Shown: piece by piece, positions 1-4,803 of the stretch | How the letters are laid out: each line of letters opens with the position of its first letter | Position numbering within the stretch: the first letter of the stretch is position 1 | IMG/VR virus record: IMGVR_UViG_2681813261_000015 | Reading direction: 5' to 3' (one strand) | Source: a virus | Taxonomy: Duplodnaviria > Heunggongvirae > Uroviricota > Caudoviricetes | Length of the DNA: 5,567 nt | Program-made: the position numbers and the translations under genes | Notes under the pieces: generated by a model | Told to the model about the DNA's origin: nothing | Databases searched by the model: none | Seen by the model: only the letters and a program-made list of their open reading frames with translations

Positions 1-131
1 CTTATTTAAGTGATACTGGTTGTCTGGAGATTCAGGGGGCCAGTCTACGGACATTTTCTGCCTGTGGACCAGGAAAGTGCACGGGTGCTTTCCACTCCCA
101 TGAAGCCCGGCAATCCGCGCAGATACAGTAA
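1..131 (+). CDS. 3' end of an upstream gene (partial, Cys-containing C-terminus); function unknown
   Basis: Frame 3 is open from the window edge to TAA at 129-131 (...YLSDTGCLEIQGASLRTFSACGPGKCTGAFHSHEARQSAQIQ*). Same orientation as the downstream genes. Absent from the ORF track because it is truncated. Competes with antisense ORF 45..326. Confidence 0.3.
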   Translation, partial: YLSDTGCLEIQGASLRTFSACGPGKCTGAFHSHEARQSAQIQ

Positions 132-167
132 TAAACGAACTGACAGCAGTAAGATGGAGCGTTTCTT

Positions 168-425
168 TTGAACAACCAGACAATGACTTTTACCCCTGAA
201 CAATTGCGTAAACACGCGCAGGAAATGCTGCGTCATGCTGAACAACTCGAAAAAACGGGCATAACAAAAGACGCTATCCGTAAAGATATGGTACCCGCGC
301 TTCGGGAACTGATGCAGGCGAAGCATCGCGCACAGAAAGCAGTAGATGAGCTGGTGGACTGTGTGGCAGAGCTGGAAACCAGAGTCGGAAAGTTTGAAAA
401 ACTGGTGCAGGAGGTGCTGCGCTGA
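168..425 (+). CDS. hypothetical small phage protein (nin-region), predicted helical
   Basis: 85-aa ORF starting at TTG 168 with GGAG at 157-160 seven nt upstream; alternative in-frame ATG at 183 has no obvious SD. Stop TGA 423-425 overlaps the rusA ATG at 425-427. No family recognised from memory. Confidence 0.55.
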   Translation: MNNQTMTFTPEQLRKHAQEMLRHAEQLEKTGITKDAIRKDMVPALRELMQAKHRAQKAVDELVDCVAELETRVGKFEKLVQEVLR

Positions 426-799
426 TGCGCCATGAGTTTATTTTACCTTATCCGCCGACGGTGAATACTTACTGGCGACGTCGTGACAACACATATTTTG
501 TATCAAAAGCCGGTGAGCGTTATCGCCGGGATGTGGCGCTTATTGTCCGTCAGCAGCGACTGAAATTAAGCCTGTCCGGAAGACTGGCGATAAAGATTAT
601 TGCAGAGCCACCGGATAAGCGCCGTCGTGACCTGGACAATATCCTGAAAGCACCACTGGATGCACTGACACATGCGGGAGTGTTAATGGACGATGAGCAG
701 TTTGATGAAATCAATATCGTTCGTGGTCAGCCAGTATCTGGTGGACGTCTGGGGGTGAAGATTTACCCCATAATGCATGAAGAGCAGGTCAAAAAATGA
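425..799 (+). CDS. rusA: crossover junction endodeoxyribonuclease RusA (Holliday junction resolvase)
   Basis: 124-aa product carrying LPYPPTVNTYW, RRRDLDN and DALTHAG...DDEQ motifs, which match the RusA family as I recall E. coli RusA (..LPWPPSNNRYY.., ..[20 protein letters not shown]..). Stop TGA 797-799 overlaps the Q start ATG 796-798. Confidence 0.9.
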   Translation: MRHEFILPYPPTVNTYWRRRDNTYFVSKAGERYRRDVALIVRQQRLKLSLSGRLAIKIIAEPPDKRRRDLDNILKAPLDALTHAGVLMDDEQFDEINIVRGQPVSGGRLGVKIYPIMHEEQVKK

Positions 800-1617
800 A
801 ACTGGAAGATTTACCGAAATACTACTCCCCAAAATCCCCTTGCCTGACCGATGCATCGGCCTCAACGTCAAAAGATGCGCTGAGTATCACTGATGTGATG
901 GCCGCGCAGGGCATGACACAGAATCGGGCTGAGATGGGGTTTTCTGCGTTCCTGGGGAAAATGGGCATCAGTATGAATGACAGGGCGCGGGCAACAGAAT
1001 TACTGGCAGATTATGCACTCAGTCGGTGCGATCGTGTGGCGGCGTTGAGAAAACTTCCGGCAGAAATAAAACCGGTAGTGATGCGCATTATGGCTTCGTA
1101 CGCTTTTGAGGATTATGCCCGCAGCGCAGCGAGTAAAAAGCAGTGCCCTTGTTGCTATGGGGAAAAATTTATTGAAAGCGTAGTTTTTACAAACAAGGTC
1201 CAGTATCCGGATGGTAAGCCGCCGGTATGGGCAAAGTGTACGAAAGGTGTGTATCCGTCTTACTGGGAAGAATGGAAAAAAGTCAGGGAGGTGGTAAAAG
1301 TTGCCTGTCCGGAGTGTGGCGGAAAGGGTGAGGTTTCCACCGCCTGTAAGGATTGCCGTGGGCGTGGTGTCGCCATTCATCGTGAAGAGTCGGTAAAACG
1401 TGGTATGCCTGTTATCAGAGACTGCCAGCGTTGTGGTGGTCGTGGCTATGAAAGACTACCATCAACGGAGGCATTTAATGCTATATGCGAGGTGACAAAC
1501 CAGATAACACGCGCGTCATGGGAAAAAACAGTTAAGAAATTTTATGATGCGCTGGTGACCCGGTTTGATATTGAAGAAGCATGGGCTGAGCGGCAGTTAA
1601 AAAAGGTAACTAGGTAA
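796..1617 (+). CDS. Q: late-gene antitermination protein Q (lambda Q family, enlarged variant)
   Basis: 273-aa product. The N-terminal half aligns with lambda Q as recalled (MKLEDLPKYYSPKSP...SITDVMAAQGM... versus MRLESVAKFHSPKSP...SGTDVMAAMGM...), and the C-terminus carries the conserved ...LYDALV.. region. Four CxxC pairs are present (CPCC, CPEC, CKDC, CQRC). It sits directly upstream of a pR'-like promoter. Confidence 0.88.
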   Translation: MKLEDLPKYYSPKSPCLTDASASTSKDALSITDVMAAQGMTQNRAEMGFSAFLGKMGISMNDRARATELLADYALSRCDRVAALRKLPAEIKPVVMRIMASYAFEDYARSAASKKQCPCCYGEKFIESVVFTNKVQYPDGKPPVWAKCTKGVYPSYWEEWKKVREVVKVACPECGGKGEVSTACKDCRGRGVAIHREESVKRGMPVIRDCQRCGGRGYERLPSTEAFNAICEVTNQITRASWEKTVKKFYDALVTRFDIEEAWAERQLKKVTR

Positions 1618-1622
1618 CAAGG

Positions 1623-1662
1623 TTGATTTTTCCGGAATCTGTGGTAAATTCGTCATAACGAT
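1623..1662 (+). promoter_or_regulatory. late promoter pR'-like with sigma70-dependent pause element (candidate Q-utilisation region)
   Basis: -35 TTGATT (1623-1628), 16-nt spacer, -10 TAAATT (1645-1650), 6 nt, then the -10-like AACGAT (1657-1662). The -10 hexamer, the spacing to AACGAT and the AACGAT element itself match lambda pR' as I recall it (TAAATT-TGACTC-AACGAT). Lies immediately downstream of Q. Confidence 0.6.
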
Positions 1663-1697
1663 GGGCGTTTTATGCCTGACGTTAGAAGAGTTTCTAC

Positions 1698-1723
1698 AAC
1701 CCGCCGCCGAGCGGGTTTTTTAT
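1698..1723 (+). terminator. Rho-independent terminator (tR'-like, ends a short pR' leader transcript)
   Basis: Stem CCCGC (1700-1704) / GCGGG (1711-1715) with 6-nt loop, extended by two A-U pairs, followed by TTTTTTAT (1716-1723). Lies about 65 nt downstream of the predicted pR' start. Confidence 0.6.
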
Positions 1724-1841
1724 GACTGAAATCGCGTCAGTACAGTAAACGCGCTGGTGGCGGTGAATACCTGTCTTTCAGCTTGCTGGCTTTTTCGACA
1801 AGAGTTATTGGTGTGTCACGTTAACCGGAAAAGGAAAAGAC

Positions 1842-2039
1842 ATGCTAAAACAGCAGGATATGACAGAAACCGCCAGAGTGGTGTTTAATGAATTAAGCGT
1901 TACCGAACCGGCGACAGTCGGGGAGATAGCGCAGAATACTTACCTTTCACGCGAACGCTGCCAGTTAATACTGACCCAGCTGGTTATGGCGGGTCTGGCA
2001 GACTATCAGTTCGGTTGTTACAGACGCCTTCCGCAGTGA
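1842..2039 (+). CDS. small hypothetical protein, possible winged-helix/HTH DNA-binding protein
   Basis: 65-aa ORF with ATG at 1842 and SD AAGGA (1832-1836) 5 nt upstream. The segment ...PATVGEIAQNTYLSRERCQLILTQLVMAGLA.. resembles a helix-turn-helix. The stop codon sits inside a terminator stem. Confidence 0.5.
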   Translation: MLKQQDMTETARVVFNELSVTEPATVGEIAQNTYLSRERCQLILTQLVMAGLADYQFGCYRRLPQ

Positions 2040-2053
2040 AGGCTTTTTTATTT
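2026..2053 (+). terminator. Rho-independent terminator
   Basis: Stem GCCTTC (2026-2031) / GAAGGC (2038-2043) with 6-nt loop, followed by TTTTTTATTT (2044-2053). Overlaps the stop codon of ORF 1842..2039. Confidence 0.6.
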
Positions 2054-2066
2054 GTGGTAAATGGGC

Positions 2067-2097
2067 GGCTGGTGGGTGTTAGGGGCACCCACCAGCC
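2067..2097. repeat. perfect 12-bp inverted repeat (stable hairpin or protein-binding palindrome) in the leader of the methyltransferase gene
   Basis: GGCTGGTGGGTG (2067-2078), 7-nt loop TTAGGGG, CACCCACCAGCC (2086-2097). All 12 pairs are Watson-Crick. No U-tract follows. Confidence 0.5.
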
Positions 2098-2189
2098 ATC
2101 TGCTCATGCGTTGGGTTCACAAGCAAACCTCAGGCCCACTGCTTTGCGCAAAAGCAGAATGAGCCTATCAGAGACAGGCTTAATGATCC

Positions 2190-3248
2190 ATGCTTAATAC
2201 TGTAAAAATATCCAGTTGTGAGTTAATCAACGCCGACTGCCTGGAATTTATCCGGTCGTTACCCGAAAATTCTGTTGACCTGATAGTCACGGACCCGCCG
2301 TACTTTAAAGTGAAGCCTGAGGGCTGGGATAACCAGTGGAAGGGCGACGATGATTACCTGAAGTGGCTGGACCAGTGTCTGGCGCAGTTCTGGCGGGTGC
2401 TGAAACCTGCCGGAAGTCTTTACCTGTTCTGTGGTCATCGCCTGGCATCTGATATCGAAATCATGATGCGTGAACGCTTCAGTGTGCTGAACCATATTAT
2501 CTGGGCGAAGCCGTCCGGACGCTGGAACGGATGCAACAAGGAAAGCCTGCGGGCGTATTTCCCCGCCACAGAGCGCATTCTGTTCGCGGAACATTATCAG
2601 GGGCCGTATCGTCCGAAAGATGCCGGGTATGCGGCGAAGGGCAGTGCACTGAAACAGCATGTGATGGCCCCGCTGATTTCTTACTTTCGTGATGCGCGAG
2701 CTGCCCTGGGGATAACGGCAAAACAGATTGCAGATGCCACAGGAAAGAAAAACATGGTGTCGCACTGGTTCAGTGCCGGTCAGTGGCAGTTGCCGAATGA
2801 AAGCGATTATCTGAAATTACAGGCGCTGTTTGCCCGGGTGGCAGAAGAGAAGCATCGGCGTGGTGAACTGGAAAAGCTCCACCACCAGCTGGTGGATACG
2901 TATACCTCACTGAACCGGCAGTATGCGGAGCTGCTGAGTGAATATAAACATCTGCGGCGGTATTTTGGCGTGACGGTGCAGGTGCCGTATACCGATGTGT
3001 GGACGCATAAACCGGTGCAGTTCTATCCCGGGAAACATCCGTGCGAAAAACCGGCAGAAATGCTGCAGCAGATAATCAGCGCTAGCAGTCGTCCGGGTGA
3101 CCTGATTGCAGATTTTTTCATGGGGTTGGGTTCGACAGTGAAAGCGGCACTGGCGCTCGGGCGTCGTGCAATTGGCGTTGAGCTGGAGACTGAACGTTTT
3201 GAGCAGACGGTTCGGGAAGTACAGGATTTAGTCAGCCAGAACGGATGA
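2190..3248 (+). CDS. DNA methyltransferase, beta-class (N6-adenine/N4-cytosine family; DPPY motif suggests N6-adenine)
   Basis: 352-aa product with catalytic motif IV (VTDPPYF) near the N-terminus and AdoMet motif I (DFFMGLGST) near the C-terminus, i.e. the circularly permuted beta-class order. A ~150-aa central insert contains an HTH-like segment (ITAKQIADATGK) and is probably the target-recognition domain. No restriction endonuclease gene is adjacent. Confidence 0.88.
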   Translation: MLNTVKISSCELINADCLEFIRSLPENSVDLIVTDPPYFKVKPEGWDNQWKGDDDYLKWLDQCLAQFWRVLKPAGSLYLFCGHRLASDIEIMMRERFSVLNHIIWAKPSGRWNGCNKESLRAYFPATERILFAEHYQGPYRPKDAGYAAKGSALKQHVMAPLISYFRDARAALGITAKQIADATGKKNMVSHWFSAGQWQLPNESDYLKLQALFARVAEEKHRRGELEKLHHQLVDTYTSLNRQYAELLSEYKHLRRYFGVTVQVPYTDVWTHKPVQFYPGKHPCEKPAEMLQQIISASSRPGDLIADFFMGLGSTVKAALALGRRAIGVELETERFEQTVREVQDLVSQNG

Positions 3249-3288
3249 TATTGAAGAATTAATTACGCGTCGTTATTATGCGGCTCCC

Positions 3289-3364
3289 GGCCCTTTAGCT
3301 CAGTGGTGAGAGCGAGCGACTCATAATCGCCAGGTCGCTGGTTCAAATCCAGCAAGGGCCACCA
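3289..3364 (+). tRNA. ileZ: tRNA-Ile2 (anticodon CAU, ileX/ileZ-like; formally Met by anticodon)
   Basis: Hand-folded cloverleaf: acceptor GGCCCTT/AAGGGCC, D-stem GCTC/GAGC, anticodon loop CTCATAA, T-arm GCTGG-TTCAAAT-CCAGC, encoded CCA. Near-identical in layout to E. coli tRNA-Ile2 as recalled. Symbol assigned from the Q-tRNA gene order known from Stx phages. Confidence 0.85.
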
Positions 3365-3371
3365 TCACATA

Positions 3372-3448
3372 CCGCCATTAGCTCATCAGGAAAGAGCGCC
3401 AGCCTTCGAAGCTGGCTGCGCGGGGTTCAAGTCCCCGATGGCGGTCCA
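3372..3448 (+). tRNA. argN: tRNA-Arg (anticodon UCG)
   Basis: Hand-folded cloverleaf: acceptor CCGCCAT/ATGGCGG, D-stem GCTC/GAGC, anticodon stem CCAGC/GCTGG with loop CTTCGAA, T-arm CGGGG-TTCAAGT-CCCCG, encoded CCA. Symbol assigned by gene order only. Confidence 0.8.
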
Positions 3449-3461
3449 TTATCTGCATCAT

Positions 3462-3538
3462 GCGTTGTTAGCTCAGCCGGACAGAGCAATTGCCTTCTAA
3501 GCAATCGGTCACTGGTTCGAATCCAGTACAGCGCGCCA
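3462..3538 (+). tRNA. argO: tRNA-Arg (anticodon UCU, decodes rare AGA)
   Basis: Hand-folded cloverleaf: acceptor GCGTTGT/ACAGCGC (one G-U pair), D-stem GCTC/GAGC, anticodon stem ATTGC/GCAAT with loop CTTCTAA, T-arm ACTGG-TTCGAAT-CCAGT, encoded CCA. Symbol assigned by gene order only. Confidence 0.8.
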
Positions 3539-3648
3539 TATTCATTCTTCCAGATTCCTTCCGGCAGAGCCTTATACTGAAATATACCTGGCTCAGGATA
3601 TTGTTGAAAATATTTTATGTTTGTCAAAAATAAAAGTTCTGTTAAGTA

Positions 3649-4002
3649 TTGATTGAGTGTTTGTTATACGGTCTAATGGTTTTTTCAGCATTAAATATTT
3701 ATCATTCATATGGTGTGGGTAGAGTGAATATTGATGAGGCGTCGGGGTGTTTCATCCTTAGGCAGCGTATTGATATAGTCAATGCAGCACGAGCAAAGGC
3801 CTTCAGCCGTTTGACAGTTTTGTTCTGTACTCCTGATCGTCTTTCGGGAAGAGACGTTATTATTCTGAATAGTGATGCTATACAGAGGGTTTGCGATGAG
3901 TTCATGGTTGCTAATTCAGAATTATTTGCTCTTGTTCAGGAGTACAACAGAATAGCCAGGACCTGTGGTATGGATGAACTTCGGATTACTCATCTGGGGT
4001 AG
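3649..4002 (+). CDS. orphan hypothetical protein in AT-rich cargo DNA (start uncertain)
   Basis: 117-aa ORF whose first codon is TTG at 3649; first in-frame ATG is at 3676. No convincing SD at either. The region is visibly AT-rich compared with the flanking phage genes. No domain recognised. Confidence 0.35.
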   Translation: MIECLLYGLMVFSALNIYHSYGVGRVNIDEASGCFILRQRIDIVNAARAKAFSRLTVLFCTPDRLSGRDVIILNSDAIQRVCDEFMVANSELFALVQEYNRIARTCGMDELRITHLG

Positions 4003-4322
4003 ATACATATCTGGATTATCACCTGTTACGGTAAAAAGTGATTGCTTACTGTTTTTGTGAATGGCATTGCAGCAGCCGGATAATGTCAGTGCTGGCTGAC
4101 GGTGTGCTGGTGGCGGGTGTGGTGGTTGTTGCTTTCCCGTTGCTGAAAAAGAAAACGCCAGACTGTTAGCCGGGTATCAGTTAGCGGGAGAAATTTTTAA
4201 ATACTTCACAATTCAGGCGGTTGACTGTTGTCTGGTTTGCGGGGAGTTTGTTAAAAGAAACTGGCATGGTGAATCCCCCTGTGCGGAGGGGCAATCAGCG
4301 AGTAGGTATATGGGATAATCGC

Positions 4323-4420
4323 GGATTCAGGTGCTGGTACTGAATTCACCGGGAGGCACCCGGCATCATGCAATGGCACATAGCGCCACTCTCCAGCCCT
4401 CTCCGGAGGGGCTTTTCTGT
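4323..4420 (+). ncRNA. candidate small structured RNA, unit A of a tandem paralogous array
   Basis: Hairpin 1 at 4323-4347 (8-bp stem with one G-U, 9-nt loop); hairpin 2 at 4349-4363 (CCGGG/CCCGG); terminator stem-loop CCCTC-TCCG-GAGGG at 4397-4410 followed by CTTTTCTGT. An extended -10-like element TGgGATAAT (4311-4319) would place the transcript start near 4326. No ORF of 60 aa or more overlaps. Confidence 0.35.
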
Positions 4421-4547
4421 GCCGGATACATCACAGTTTCTGGAACCTTAGGTACTACAGTATCAGTCAGGGTGCTATATTTTCAGATGTGATGAAAGCC
4501 TGTCAGCAGGCAGGGCGTATCGGAAATGACCCAGTAGAGAAAACGTT

Positions 4548-4635
4548 GACTCAGATACCGGTGCTGAGTTACCGGGAAACCGGCATCACATGACCGCTAT
4601 CCTTCCAGGCCCATCCGCTCCGGTGGGCCTTTTTA
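4548..4635 (+). ncRNA. candidate small structured RNA, unit B (paralogue of unit A)
   Basis: Hairpin 1' at 4548-4570 (7-bp stem, 9-nt loop); hairpin 2' CCGG-GAAA-CCGG at 4572-4583 (GNRA tetraloop); strong terminator GGCCCA...TGGGCC at 4608-4629 followed by TTTTTACTG. The arms align with unit A and show one compensatory base-pair change (T-A in A, C-G in B). No clear promoter upstream. Confidence 0.35.
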
Positions 4636-4676
4636 CTGCAGAAAACAGGTTCCCCGTTAAATGCTATGTTGCTCAC

Positions 4677-4757
4677 AATTCAGNNNNNNNNNNNNNNNNN
4701 NNNNNNNNNNNNNNNNNNNNCCCTCTCCGGAGGGGCTGTTTATATTGATTTTGTCAG
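4677..4757 (+). ncRNA. candidate unit C of the same array, core masked by N-run
   Basis: Starts with AATTCAG (4677-4683), the same left arm as hairpin 1 of unit A. It is preceded by an extended -10-like TGcTATGTT (4662-4670). After the Ns comes CCCTCTCCGGAGGGGC (4721-4736), identical to the unit A terminator hairpin, followed by a T-rich tail. Confidence 0.25.
4684..4720. other. run of 37 ambiguous bases (N); masked or unresolved sequence
   Basis: Literal n characters in the input. Falls inside the repeat array, consistent with an assembly gap or collapse caused by the repeats. Confidence 0.95.
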
Positions 4758-4769
4758 ATGTGAGTAAAC

Positions 4770-4803
4770 TCCTTATGGACTTTGTTGTTTTAGTCCATAA
4801 GGA
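4770..4803. repeat. perfect 12-bp inverted repeat with 10-nt loop at the 3' end of the minus-strand ORF
   Basis: TCCTTATGGACT (4770-4781), loop TTGTTGTTTT, AGTCCATAAGGA (4792-4803). All 12 pairs are Watson-Crick. Overlaps the stop codon (TAA, complement of 4773-4775) of ORF 4773..5108. Confidence 0.5.

Noticed and set aside
45-326. 93-aa minus-strand ORF
   Set aside because: Antisense to the co-directional, translationally coupled plus-strand gene set (partial upstream ORF and 168..425). No SD found; low-complexity product.
233-433. 66-aa minus-strand ORF
   Set aside because: Lies entirely antisense within 168..425 and the rusA start; Ser/Thr/Cys-rich low-complexity translation typical of an antisense frame.
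683-871. 62-aa minus-strand ORF
   Set aside because: Antisense across the rusA/Q junction, which is well supported on the plus strand.
1000-1380. 126-aa minus-strand ORF
   Set aside because: Antisense inside the Q gene, which has strong family-level support.
2015-2197. 60-aa plus-strand ORF
   Set aside because: Spans a Rho-independent terminator and the perfect 12-bp hairpin; no SD; more parsimonious as structured leader RNA for the methyltransferase.
2259-2765. 168-aa and 74-aa minus-strand ORFs (2259..2765, 2497..2721)
   Set aside because: Antisense inside the methyltransferase gene, whose catalytic motifs lie on the plus strand.
2190-3248. Complete restriction-modification system
   Set aside because: No endonuclease-like ORF flanks the methyltransferase within the window; the neighbours are a terminator and tRNAs.
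3427-3627. 66-aa minus-strand ORF
   Set aside because: Overlaps two well-folded tRNA genes on the opposite strand.
3702-3905. 67-aa minus-strand ORF
   Set aside because: Antisense within the AT-rich 117-aa ORF; no SD seen; kept only the plus-strand candidate, itself at low confidence.
4275-4291. Hairpin CCCCT-GTGCGG-AGGGG as a fourth terminator or unit
   Set aside because: It resembles the unit terminator stems but has no U-tract and no recognisable hairpin 1 or 2 upstream; possibly a degenerate unit, not called as a feature.
4368-4451. 27-aa ORF (MQWHIAPLSSPLRRGFSVPDTSQFLEP) inside repeat unit A with GGGAGG upstream
   Set aside because: The GGGAGG is sequestered in hairpin 2, the spacing to the ATG is 11 nt, and the frame runs through the terminator hairpin. 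The frame is not preserved in paralogue unit B, so an RNA-level function is more likely.
4270-4760. CRISPR array as explanation for the repeated hairpins
   Set aside because: The units are about 90 nt, diverged and irregularly spaced, each ending in a U-tract terminator. There are no short identical direct repeats with uniform spacers and no cas genes.
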